Virus record (IMG/VR): IMGVR_UViG_3300007619_000129
Coordinates: 1-64,000 of that record
Length of the DNA stretch: 64,000 bases
Origin: a virus
Reading direction: 5' to 3' (one strand)
The notes beneath the pieces were generated by a model that saw nothing but the letters and a program-made list of their open reading frames with translations, searched no databases and was not told the DNA's origin. Position numbers and translations under genes: made by a program. Shown piece after piece: positions 8,929 to 18,148 of the stretch (the stretch's first letter is position 1; every line of letters begins with the position of its first letter).

Positions 8929-10262
8929 GACAATTCCTCAAATGCACTATCAAGTTCATCAACTGATTCCCTTACTGCTCTAACCTCTTCAAAACTATTT
9001 GGATTAAGATCAGACGCCTCCTTGGCAGAAGATGCCTTCATTCTCTTGCTCATAATAGCATCTACACACTCTTTTACTATTTTTTTATGTTCCTTTAATT
9101 TTTCTTGTATATCAGGCTTTCTAAACTTATCATCCAATACAATCTTGTCTCCATTAGTTACAATAATTTTCTTCCAGGCAGCATTGCTAAACTCAACACT
9201 TCTACCATCACTCAACTCAACTGGAGAATTCTCAATTAACATTTCCCACTTTGCTTTCCAGTCTTTTATTCCAACCCCAAAATGAATTTCAAATTCACAA
9301 CTTCTGAATGGACTAGTTATTTTGTTTTTTATTGCCTTTGCCTTAACTCTAATTCCTATTGGGGGAATATTTTTTTTGCTTGCTTCTTTATGTTCCATTT
9401 CATCAGGATAAACATAAGCTTGCCCGCCGTAACGAGGATCAAGTTCTAATCTAATATCAGCAGCATATCGCAACTTCTTTCCTCCGCGGGTACTTGTTTT
9501 CTTCTCCCATCGTTCAGCCCCAATTATAGTATATTGTTGATTTATAACGACAAGCATTATGTCATTAAATCCTATTGTATTCTGAACCCTTGATATTCCT
9601 CTTGAAATTTGTTTAGCATTTACACCTGGCTGTTGAGCCATGTCCAGATCCTTTTCAGAATCCATCACTGAATCAATCCCCCCAACAGAATCCCAAATAA
9701 CACAAAGGGGAACATTTTTCCTAATATTTTCCGGAATTTTAGTTGTTTTCTTAACAAATTTTTCCATTGCACTAAAAACAGCCTCAATCGTATCTTGTTG
9801 CGTAAACCAAAATCTTTTTGTAAAATCAACCCCAAGCGACACCAAATTATCTTTTGCTGTTGCGCTTTCAGTGTCAATATAACAAACAATCCCCCCAAGA
9901 GCCTGAACACTTTTTGCAATTTGATAAGCCAAATGAGACTTTCCTATTGATTCTGGTCCTGAAACTTCAATAATTTTTCCTCCGGGAAATCCTCCATTTG
10001 GAATTCCTGAACAAATCCAATCTAAAAGATCGCTACTGGTAGAAGCCCACCACTTAACGTCAGTTGGAGCAGAATCTTTTTCCAAATTCAAAAATAACTT
10101 TGACCCCTCTTCTTTGTTCAATTCGTCCATTAATGTTTGTGAATATTCATCAATATTAGAAATACTCTCGTTAATCACACCTTTTTCTTCTTTATCCTTT
10201 TTCTTTTTTGCCATACAGCCTCTCTGTATGATTAAGGGGAGCATGATAACTCCCCCAATCAT
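8925..10262 (-). CDS. recA: RecA/UvsX recombinase (true start probably MAKKKK at ~10214)
   Basis: GKIIEVSGPESIGKS, YIDTE, IWDSV, VINQ, GGKKLRYAADIRL, KNKITSPFR. Confidence 0.93.
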   Translation of the reverse strand: MIGGVIMLPLIIQRGCMAKKKKDKEEKGVINESISNIDEYSQTLMDELNKEEGSKLFLNLEKDSAPTDVKWWASTSSDLLDWICSGIPNGGFPGGKIIEVSGPESIGKSHLAYQIAKSVQALGGIVCYIDTESATAKDNLVSLGVDFTKRFWFTQQDTIEAVFSAMEKFVKKTTKIPENIRKNVPLCVIWDSVGGIDSVMDSEKDLDMAQQPGVNAKQISRGISRVQNTIGFNDIMLVVINQQYTIIGAERWEKKTSTRGGKKLRYAADIRLELDPRYGGQAYVYPDEMEHKEASKKNIPPIGIRVKAKAIKNKITSPFRSCEFEIHFGVGIKDWKAKWEMLIENSPVELSDGRSVEFSNAAWKKIIVTNGDKIVLDDKFRKPDIQEKLKEHKKIVKECVDAIMSKRMKASSAKEASDLNPNSFEEVRAVRESVDELDSAFEELS

Positions 10263-10286
10263 TAATTTAACAACATCTTTTATTTT

Positions 10287-11150
10287 TTATTCATCATCAT
10301 CGTCAAGATCGGCAAACGCTTCATCTACATCATCAAAATCATCATCATCGTCATCATCATCTTCAACAACTGTTGATGCTGTTTTCTTTGCTGCCTTTTT
10401 GCTTTTACTACTCTTCGTAGAGATTTTTTCGCTATCGTCGTCATCCTCGTCATCGTCGCCCTTTTCTTCTTCTTCGTCCTCTCCCAACATCTTATTTAGA
10501 TGACCCTCAAGCTCATCATAACTCATGACTGGATACTCCTCATCAAGATCGGGCAAGTTTTCTAGCCATTCATTTAGTTTTGACTTGCTCTTTGTCAATG
10601 GAGTTGGTCGTCCTCCACACTGTACAGTGGTTTCAGGATATTGTTTACCTTCTGGTTTTTTGGTCATAACCTTCATCCATCTACCTTCTTTAAAGTCCAT
10701 TGGATCTCCATATTCTTCTTCATCGTTTAAGATTTCAAGAAGCTGACTTTCCACAGTTACTCCGTATTCCCAATATTGTACTCCCTTTTCTTCTTGTCCT
10801 TCTACAAGAACAGGCGTAAAAGTTCTCTTACGTGGATAAAGGCGTTTTACTTCTGGATCGTTTTTTGCCATTCCGTCTTCCAAAAGTTGATCGATCGTTT
10901 CTTGAACCGGATCTTTTTTTCCATATTGCGAAGGAGCTGGAATACCCCATCTTGCAATATTATAATAAAAAGAAATGTCTTTGAACGGATCCCACTCATC
11001 TTGTGGATCGTTTGGATTCCAAGGAAGAACCCTAACTCTATATTTGGTTCCAAGTTCAGGTTTGAACTTTCTTTTACGTCTCTCTTGTTTTTCTCCGCTT
11101 TGTCGTTCTTTATTTCTTTTATATCTGTCTAATAATGCTTTTCGTTTCAT
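10287..11150 (-). CDS. Single-stranded DNA-binding protein (T4 gp32-like)
   Basis: RVRVLP...DPF...YY...G..DP pattern, long acidic C-terminal tail, position next to RecA. Confidence 0.85.
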   Translation of the reverse strand: MKRKALLDRYKRNKERQSGEKQERRKRKFKPELGTKYRVRVLPWNPNDPQDEWDPFKDISFYYNIARWGIPAPSQYGKKDPVQETIDQLLEDGMAKNDPEVKRLYPRKRTFTPVLVEGQEEKGVQYWEYGVTVESQLLEILNDEEEYGDPMDFKEGRWMKVMTKKPEGKQYPETTVQCGGRPTPLTKSKSKLNEWLENLPDLDEEYPVMSYDELEGHLNKMLGEDEEEEKGDDDEDDDDSEKISTKSSKSKKAAKKTASTVVEDDDDDDDDFDDVDEAFADLDDDDE

Positions 11151-11156
11151 TTTTTC

Positions 11157-11230
11157 CTCTTTCTTTTTTTATTGTTGTGCCATCTTCGTCTTGGCAAAGT
11201 ATATTGTATATCAAAAAATAAAGAATGTAT
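11157..11230 (-). repeat. SSB promoter/leader with hairpin, copy 1 of an imperfect direct repeat
   Basis: Aligns with 11961-12030; hairpin TGCCA-N9-TGGCA at 11178-11196. Confidence 0.7.
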
Positions 11231-11239
11231 CAAGAATTT

Positions 11240-11950
11240 TCAAAGAATTTTATTTCCCTTCTTTAAATTATCCTCCTCCCACAAAGGTTGTAAATTTTTA
11301 TAGTTAAAACATTCCTTTTGTTGTTTTGGATCTAAAAAATCAAACGATGAACACGGCATGATATGATCAATATGCCAACCTTTAAGTCCATAATTGTCCC
11401 AAGTCATACCTGGTTGAAACTGTTTTTGTAAATGTTTTTTTAAATAATCTACAGTACAACCAAGAAGATCTAATGTTGATTTGGATTTATTTTTGCCACT
11501 TAATACGAGATTCAGTCTTCTTCTTAAATTTCCAATTAATCTAAAAACTGGATCAATTTCTCTTCTTTTTTTAGAATAAAAAATTTGATTTTCTATTATC
11601 TTTTCTCTGTTTTCTTCATAATATTCTTTTTTCTTTTCTTTTATCTTTTTTCTGTTTTCTTCATAATATTCTTTTTTACAATCTTTACAACAAGATTGTA
11701 ATCCATCTTTTTTGCTTTTGTCTTTATAAAAACAATCTAATCTCTTCTCTTTCCCACAATTCAAACACCTTTTCTTTCCTTTTATCGTTTTTTTATTTTT
11801 TTCATAATTTTCTTTATTTTTTTGACGATGTTCTTTTTGATATTCTTTATTACACGATTTACATTTAGACTGTAATCCATCTTTTTTGCTTTTGTCTTTG
11901 CTAAAACATTTTAAATCCTGCTCTTCACTACACTTTGAACATCTTTTCAT
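11240..11950 (-). CDS. Free-standing HNH homing endonuclease with two N-terminal Zn-ribbon repeats
   Basis: Two copies of KRCxxC...FxKDKSKKDGLQSxCKxC; LLGC, GMTWDNYG, WHIDHIMP, NLQPLWEEDNLKKG. Confidence 0.88.
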   Translation of the reverse strand: MKRCSKCSEEQDLKCFSKDKSKKDGLQSKCKSCNKEYQKEHRQKNKENYEKNKKTIKGKKRCLNCGKEKRLDCFYKDKSKKDGLQSCCKDCKKEYYEENRKKIKEKKKEYYEENREKIIENQIFYSKKRREIDPVFRLIGNLRRRLNLVLSGKNKSKSTLDLLGCTVDYLKKHLQKQFQPGMTWDNYGLKGWHIDHIMPCSSFDFLDPKQQKECFNYKNLQPLWEEDNLKKGNKIL

Positions 11951-11960
11951 TTTATAAAAT

Positions 11961-12030
11961 TTTCTCTTTTTTTATTGTTTTGCTATCTTCTTAGCAAATA
12001 TATTTTACAACAAAAAATAAAAATATTATT
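11961..12030 (-). repeat. HNH gene leader with hairpin, copy 2 of the direct repeat
   Basis: Hairpin TTTGCTA-N6-TAGCAAA at 11979-11998. Confidence 0.7.
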
Positions 12031-12037
12031 ACATTTT

Positions 12038-12712
12038 TTATTTTTTCATTTTTCCGCCACCAAAAGACTTAGCCATCTTTTCTATTCTATCATCGTCTTG
12101 ATTTCCCCCTGTTCCAAGAGGGGTTGTATATCCCGCTATTGCACCACCGCCCAGAGTTGAAACTTCATCAGTTTTTTCACCATCTTCTTCTATTTCTAGT
12201 TCGGTCATTGCACTTTCTACAATTTTTCTAATTAATTTTCTAAGATTATTCATTTTTACTTCCCTAACATGATGTGAATATTGTCCCATGTCACTTTCAT
12301 TTCCATTAACAATATAAGGAGGATCAAAGGCAGCATCCTCCCAATATTCAATATCCTCATCAGTCATATGTTGTTGTTGAATTTGTGACATAGTAACTGA
12401 TGGTGCTGACGAGGGATCTCCTGACTGTCCAGAAGACGGAAAGTCTCTTGGAACATTTCCTAATGTGTGTTTGTCATACCAAGTTTCAGGAGGACCGCCT
12501 GGTACAGCAATTCCCCTTCCTGAACGATAATCTCCCGGAGATACAAACGTTGCCGTTCTCTGCAAAATAAAATCTTTTACTTTGTTATTAGTAGGCACTA
12601 CTAATGTAATTAGTCTCACTTTTAATGGAAAACAAAAATTAAGAAAGGATATTTTTCTTTGTTTTTCCTTGAATTCTAACAATGTCAATACAATTTGACA
12701 ATAAAACTGCAA
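12038..12712 (-). CDS. Hypothetical, probable virion protein (true start likely GTG 12598)
   Basis: Late-promoter-like motif at 12606-12613; contains LRKLIRKIVES and GGGAIAGYTTPLG. Confidence 0.6.
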   Translation of the reverse strand: MQFYCQIVLTLLEFKEKQRKISFLNFCFPLKVRLITLVVPTNNKVKDFILQRTATFVSPGDYRSGRGIAVPGGPPETWYDKHTLGNVPRDFPSSGQSGDPSSAPSVTMSQIQQQHMTDEDIEYWEDAAFDPPYIVNGNESDMGQYSHHVREVKMNNLRKLIRKIVESAMTELEIEEDGEKTDEVSTLGGGAIAGYTTPLGTGGNQDDDRIEKMAKSFGGGKMKK

Positions 12713-13241
12713 GATCTGGCTCTTTCATTCGATATCTATGATTTTCGGGATAACCAGGACCATAAGACAATAATATTGCTAACCATTCTTCTTCTGTTAG
12801 TTTAATTCCAAACTCTTGGATTAAAAATAAGCTTCTATGAGTAGTCGCCATAAAACTAATATCTTTATTGTATGTGTAAGGCTTACCCCTTTCAGTCCAA
12901 TATGCATCAGATTTTTCAAATAAGTCATCTTTTCTTGTTCCAACAATCCCTATAGCAAAAAATAAACAACAGATAATCATAGATCTTTTATCTACTTTTG
13001 TTTTTGTTACTTTGACCACATCTCTCATTCTTTTTAGAACAGACAATGAAAAATCAACAAGCCCCCCCTCATAAGAACCTCCATATTCACTGGAGAATGG
13101 GGCAATTGCTAATCTTTCTCCAAAAAATTCTACCATTTCCTTAAATTTTTCTGCTCTATTCCCTAAAGAATCACACAATTTTAAATAAACATTATAATTT
13201 GACTCAATTTTGTCAATTTCTTTTATCTCTTGACTCTTCAT
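12639..13241 (-). CDS. HD-domain-like protein lacking the metal-binding His/Asp residues
   Basis: APFS...YEGGLVDFSL...IICCLFFAIGIVG...RSLFLIQEFGIKLTEEEWLAI follows the phage HD-protein framework. Confidence 0.65.
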   Translation of the reverse strand: MKSQEIKEIDKIESNYNVYLKLCDSLGNRAEKFKEMVEFFGERLAIAPFSSEYGGSYEGGLVDFSLSVLKRMRDVVKVTKTKVDKRSMIICCLFFAIGIVGTRKDDLFEKSDAYWTERGKPYTYNKDISFMATTHRSLFLIQEFGIKLTEEEWLAILLSYGPGYPENHRYRMKEPDLAVLLSNCIDIVRIQGKTKKNILS

Positions 13242-14448
13242 AGTTTTCAGAAATTATATCATGTTTTGCCTCAAAATTGTTTTTAAACCCTTTAATCTTT
13301 TTCATTCTATTCATTTCTTCCTTAAGGGTATCCAATAAACTACTCTTAACGTCTATTAGTATATCATCATGAATAACTGCTACGGGATCTGCCCCTTCAA
13401 TATTAGAAAAATTAATATTGGAAAATCCTAACATATAAGCGTCAACAGCAGTTGATTGTATTTTCGCATTATATAACTTGTGAGGGGCTGGATCTTTTAT
13501 TCTAATGATTTTTCCATAAAAATTTCTTATAAACCCTAATTCATTATATTCATACAATAAGTCTTTTGTTATCTTTTGTACTTTAAAATATTCTTTTATT
13601 TTTGAAATGTATTGATATAAATCAATATTCTCTATTTTTGTAGATTTAGATAACAATTCTTTTCCTGCACCATACAAAATTGATAAAACTAACTGTTTCG
13701 TAATATCTCTACTAATTTTAGAATTAAAAAGCTCATTTGAAATGTCTTGATATATATCCCCCTCTTTCATCTCTCTACCTGCTAAAATCAAAGCAATTTT
13801 TGGCTCTATAGAAATATAATCAATTGATACTATCAATCCATTTTCATATCTTGATTTTATTATATTTCTATATTCTTTTTTTAACGTTAATATTCTTGGA
13901 CCCTTTTTTATTTTCATTCTACCAGTTAGAGTATTTCTAGAATATTTTATTTCCCCAGCCAAACCATCCTCAAGTGGAATAAAGCTTTTTAGGGACCCGT
14001 TTACATCTTTATCATTACTCAAATATTGATTCAGCACGTCATTATCAATACAACACCTTTTTAGGTGCCCCAGAACCTTTTGAGACGTACAATATATATT
14101 TTCATAATACTCACACCCAATTTCTTTTAAGTCTTTCCACATGGACGACACAAGGTTCTGAGCGTATTCCATCCATTGATCCTTGGGCATAAATTTTCTC
14201 CAAGGTATATATTCATCTTCACACCCCAATAAACTAATAACATTATCCCAGGCTAGATTTCTACGGGGAGATTCATTAATTTTAAGACCATTTACAAGAA
14301 ATAATTTTTTTAGATTATTCTTGTAGTTTTCACTATTGTTGTAAACCCAACAGTCGTCAGGAATAGAATTAGATTGTAATATTTTTTTTCCATCAAAAAC
14401 TAAATGCTTTTCATGTCCTATTATTTTATTTTCAATACAAATTTTCAT
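13213..14448 (-). CDS. Minimal family A DNA polymerase (polymerase domain only)
   Basis: TLTGRM, motif A DYISIEPKI, motif B RDITKQLVLSILYG, QSTAVD, motif C IHDDILID. Confidence 0.85.
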   Translation of the reverse strand: MKICIENKIIGHEKHLVFDGKKILQSNSIPDDCWVYNNSENYKNNLKKLFLVNGLKINESPRRNLAWDNVISLLGCEDEYIPWRKFMPKDQWMEYAQNLVSSMWKDLKEIGCEYYENIYCTSQKVLGHLKRCCIDNDVLNQYLSNDKDVNGSLKSFIPLEDGLAGEIKYSRNTLTGRMKIKKGPRILTLKKEYRNIIKSRYENGLIVSIDYISIEPKIALILAGREMKEGDIYQDISNELFNSKISRDITKQLVLSILYGAGKELLSKSTKIENIDLYQYISKIKEYFKVQKITKDLLYEYNELGFIRNFYGKIIRIKDPAPHKLYNAKIQSTAVDAYMLGFSNINFSNIEGADPVAVIHDDILIDVKSSLLDTLKEEMNRMKKIKGFKNNFEAKHDIISENYEESRDKRN

Positions 14449-15518
14449 AAAGTTCTATTATTTTGTCTACTAAATTGAATGACCTCAGAAAACATTTCTT
14501 TTAGTAGATAAGGTTCAATTTCTTGCCTCGTTTTATATTTTCTACCATCAATTTCTATTAAGATAATGTTGTTTTCTTTACAATAATTCCTCAACCACTG
14601 ATCTCTTTGTTGTTGCTTCTTAAATCTACCTTTTTCCTTGTGAAAAAACGAATTTTCTTTATAGTGTTGTTCTCCATTATATTCAACAAATATTTTATTT
14701 TTGTTTAATATAATTTTAAAATCAATTTCTACTGATTTTTGAATTGTCTCTCCAAATTCATTCGTTATTGGTTTTTTTAATTTATATGATGAAACTATCT
14801 CTTTATTAGAAAAATTTTCTTTTAATATTTCTCCTGTTATTGTTTGCGATTTATATAAACACTTTGGACAACTTCTTCCATTACTTTTTTTGTTTATTCT
14901 TGATTTCCACTCATGACCTTCTTTACATTTCCACCAAACTTTCTTTTCAGAACCTGCCGAATAACATTCAGGACCTTTTTCATTTTTATCATAATTCCAT
15001 TCTTTGCAAAGTTCTGGGTGAGTTGTTTTTAAATCTGTTTCTCCAATAATCGGATATCTTCCCGAACAATAAGGGCAACAACTTCCATTTGTTCTACCCC
15101 TATTATTTATTATTGCCTCCCATTCATGATCTTCTATACATTTCCACCAAACTTTCTTTTCAGAACCTGCCGAATAACAATCGGGACCTTTTTCATTTTT
15201 ATTATAGTCCCATTCTTTACAAAGTTCTGGATGAGTGGTTTTTAAATCTGTTTTCCCAATAATGGGATATCTTCCCGAACATTTTGAACAACAACTTCCA
15301 TTTGCTCTACTTCTATTATTTATTATTGCTTCCCATTCATGACCTTCTGTACATTTCCACCAAACTTTCTTTTCAGAACCTGCCGAATAACATTCAGGTC
15401 CTTTTTCGTTTTTATCACAGTTCCATTCTTTGCAAAGTTCTGGATGAGTAGTTTTTAAATCTTCCTTTTTATTATTTTTTTTATCAACATCATTCATTAC
15501 GTTAAAAAATTCTATCAC
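14445..15518 (-). CDS. Treble-clef Zn-finger repeat protein (DUF4379-like, 3 repeats) plus Vsr/DUF559-like nuclease, paralog 1 (likely start ATG 15497)
   Basis: 70-aa repeats DLKTTHPELCKEW...KKVWWKCxEGHEW...CPxC; C-terminal IDF...VEYNGEQHY...RD...LIEI. Confidence 0.85.
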   Translation of the reverse strand: MIEFFNVMNDVDKKNNKKEDLKTTHPELCKEWNCDKNEKGPECYSAGSEKKVWWKCTEGHEWEAIINNRSRANGSCCSKCSGRYPIIGKTDLKTTHPELCKEWDYNKNEKGPDCYSAGSEKKVWWKCIEDHEWEAIINNRGRTNGSCCPYCSGRYPIIGETDLKTTHPELCKEWNYDKNEKGPECYSAGSEKKVWWKCKEGHEWKSRINKKSNGRSCPKCLYKSQTITGEILKENFSNKEIVSSYKLKKPITNEFGETIQKSVEIDFKIILNKNKIFVEYNGEQHYKENSFFHKEKGRFKKQQQRDQWLRNYCKENNIILIEIDGRKYKTRQEIEPYLLKEMFSEVIQFSRQNNRTL

Positions 15519-15569
15519 AAACCAAAAAAATCCCTTGACTTTTTATACAGATGATGAGAACATCAGTAC

Positions 15570-16184
15570 ATGCTTAATACTAATACATTACAAAAACTGT
15601 CTAAACAAATAAAGAATATAAGAAAAAGATTTCATGAAAACAAAAATAGTGAAGTGGTCAATAAAAGACTTCCAAATTTAGTTTATCTAAACAAAACAAC
15701 ATCTCCACAACTAGTTTCCACTGAAATAGAGAAATTCATTTCATATTCTATGGGATTTTCTACTCTTGGAAATTTTAGTCCATTTGGTGATGCATATGAC
15801 ATTTTTACAGGTGAAACTGTTGAAATTAAACACAGAATTACATTTGAAGATGAACTAAAAACATTAGATTATCTTCAAATAAGAAATTTCATAGATGATC
15901 TTGAAAGATATATTCTTATTTGGTTTAATATAAAAAACAATAATAAAATTTCTATTTTATCATTTTCTCTAACCAAAGAAGAAATGGAATATGAACTTGA
16001 ACAAACAAGAAAGGTTTCAAAATCACATTCAGACAGTGAAGAAAAAACTGTTAGGTTAGACGTAAATGGTAAAGACTTTAATAGGTGGATTGAAAATTAT
16101 GGAGACTCCTCAGTATCCAGAAAACTAATACAACATACAACTCCTTCACTTAGAAGGTTTCTTGAGATCTATAAGGGAAGATAA
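15570..16184 (+). CDS. Putative PD-(D/E)xK endonuclease (restriction-like)
   Basis: GDAYD...VEIK and LQIR motifs; TTGACT upstream; converges on and overlaps the MTase gene. Confidence 0.5.
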   Translation: MLNTNTLQKLSKQIKNIRKRFHENKNSEVVNKRLPNLVYLNKTTSPQLVSTEIEKFISYSMGFSTLGNFSPFGDAYDIFTGETVEIKHRITFEDELKTLDYLQIRNFIDDLERYILIWFNIKNNNKISILSFSLTKEEMEYELEQTRKVSKSHSDSEEKTVRLDVNGKDFNRWIENYGDSSVSRKLIQHTTPSLRRFLEIYKGR

Positions 16185-16868
16185 ACACCTATAATACCAT
16201 TCTTTATCGTTTTCAATTCCCATAAAGTCCCTATTCAATTCTTTACATGCTTTTCCAGTAGTTCCTGATCCCATACAACAATCTAAAACCATATCTCCTT
16301 CATTCGTATAAGTTCTTACAATATATTTCATAAGCTCTAATGGCTTTTGTGTTGGGTGTCCATTTTTTATTCTTGGATTAGATACCCTTATGACGGATCT
16401 AGCATGTCTATATCCGTCATTTTCTTTTTTGTTTTCTCTTTGTTTTCCGTAACCTTGTTCTTTTAGAGCTTTTCTACTTATTTTATATGGGCTTCCTTTT
16501 GTTTTTTGTTCATTGTATGTAGGTTGTTTTCTATAAAAAACTAAAATAGACTCATGAACCCTTAGTGGTTGTCTTTTTATATTTAATTGTCCAGAACCAA
16601 TTGTTTTTTCCCAGATTATCTCATATCTGAAATCTCTAATGTTTGACGATACCAGCATTGAAGTAAATGGTTGTGTAGCAGTAAAAATAAAAGGACAATC
16701 ATTTTTACCAATTCTGTAAAACTCTTTCCACAAAGGATCAAAAGGAATAATGATGTCCCATTTATTTTGACTTGTTCCATATGGGAGATCTACAATAACA
16801 GCATCAACACAGTCATTCTCTATAGACTTTAATAATTTTAAACAATCACCATAAAATATTTTTATCAC
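16146..16868 (-). CDS. Beta-class N6-adenine/N4-cytosine DNA methyltransferase
   Basis: GDCL, motif IV DLPYG, IIWEK, HESILVF, HPTQKP, motif I DCCMGSGTT. Confidence 0.93.
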   Translation of the reverse strand: MIKIFYGDCLKLLKSIENDCVDAVIVDLPYGTSQNKWDIIIPFDPLWKEFYRIGKNDCPFIFTATQPFTSMLVSSNIRDFRYEIIWEKTIGSGQLNIKRQPLRVHESILVFYRKQPTYNEQKTKGSPYKISRKALKEQGYGKQRENKKENDGYRHARSVIRVSNPRIKNGHPTQKPLELMKYIVRTYTNEGDMVLDCCMGSGTTGKACKELNRDFMGIENDKEWYYRCLSSLIDLKKPSK

Positions 16869-16871
16869 AAT

Positions 16872-16887
16872 ATAAAAAGTATATCAC
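16872..16887 (-). promoter_or_regulatory. Extended -10 promoter GTGATATACTTTTTAT (exact copy at 18129-18144)
   Basis: TGn-TATACT located 9 nt upstream of the start codon; no SD. Confidence 0.65.
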
Positions 16888-16891
16888 ACCA

Positions 16892-18121
16892 TTATAATGT
16901 CTTATTTCTTTTATTAAATTGAATGATCTCAAATAACATTTCTTTTAATAAATAAGGCTCAATTTCTTCCTCCGTTTTATATTTTCTACCATCAATTTCT
17001 ATTAAGATAATGTTGTTTTCTTTACAATAATTCCTCAACCACCTATCTCGTTGTTGTTGCTGTTCAAACCTTCCTTTTTCCCTGTGAAAAAACGAAGTTT
17101 CTTTATAGTGTTGTTCTCCATTATATTCAACAAATATTTTAATTTTTTTGTTTAATGTAATTTTAAAATCAATTTCTACTGATTTTTGAATTGTCTCTCC
17201 AAATTCATTCGTTATTGGTTTTTTTAGTCTATGTTGTGAAACTATCTCTTTATTAGGAAAATTTTCTTTTAATATTTTTTCTGTTATTGTTTGAGACTTA
17301 TAAAGACATTTTGGACAACCACTTCCATTTGTTCTTTTGTTTATTGTTGCTTTCCACTCATGATCTTCTGTACATTTCCACCAAACTTTCTTGCCAGAAC
17401 CTGCCGAATAACACTCAGATCCTTTTTCGTTTTTATCACAGTTCCATTCTTTACAAAGTTCAGAATTCGTGGTTTTTAAATCATTATATCCTTTTAGTGT
17501 CTTTTGTCCAGAACAATAAGGACAACCTATTCCCTTTGTTCTTTTGTTTATTATTGATTCCCATTCATGATCTTTTTTACATTTCCACCAAACTTTCTTC
17601 GTAGAACCTGCCGAATAACATTCAGGTCTTTTTTTATTTTTATCATAATTCCACTCTTCACAAAGTTCAGAGTGAGTTGTTTTTAAGTCATTATACCCTT
17701 CTAAAACTTTGTTTCCAGAACAATAAGGACAACAGCATCCATTTGATCTACTAGCTATTATTGCTTCCCATTCATGACCTTCTGTACATTTCCACCAAAC
17801 TTTCTTCGTAGAACCTACCGAATAACATTCAGGTCCTTTTTTGTTTTTTACGTAATCCCATTCTTTACACAATTTTGGGTTAATTGTTTTTAAATCATTA
17901 TACCTTTCTAAAACTTTGTTTCCAGAACAATAAGGACAACCCATTCCTTTTGATCTGTTTTTTATTATTGCTTCCCATTCATGACCTTCTGTACATTTCC
18001 ATCCAACTTTCTTGTTAGAACCTTTTGTATAATACTCAAGACCCTTTTTATTTTTATCATAGTCCCATTCTTTACAAAGTTCTGGATGAGTAGTTTTTAA
18101 ATTTTTTTTTATCAACCTCAT
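16892..18121 (-). CDS. Zn-finger repeat (4 repeats) nuclease, paralog 2
   Basis: Four ~69-aa repeats plus a nuclease domain nearly identical to paralog 1. Confidence 0.85.
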   Translation of the reverse strand: MRLIKKNLKTTHPELCKEWDYDKNKKGLEYYTKGSNKKVGWKCTEGHEWEAIIKNRSKGMGCPYCSGNKVLERYNDLKTINPKLCKEWDYVKNKKGPECYSVGSTKKVWWKCTEGHEWEAIIASRSNGCCCPYCSGNKVLEGYNDLKTTHSELCEEWNYDKNKKRPECYSAGSTKKVWWKCKKDHEWESIINKRTKGIGCPYCSGQKTLKGYNDLKTTNSELCKEWNCDKNEKGSECYSAGSGKKVWWKCTEDHEWKATINKRTNGSGCPKCLYKSQTITEKILKENFPNKEIVSQHRLKKPITNEFGETIQKSVEIDFKITLNKKIKIFVEYNGEQHYKETSFFHREKGRFEQQQQRDRWLRNYCKENNIILIEIDGRKYKTEEEIEPYLLKEMLFEIIQFNKRNKTL

Positions 18122-18148
18122 TCATTACATAAAAAGTATATCACGTTA

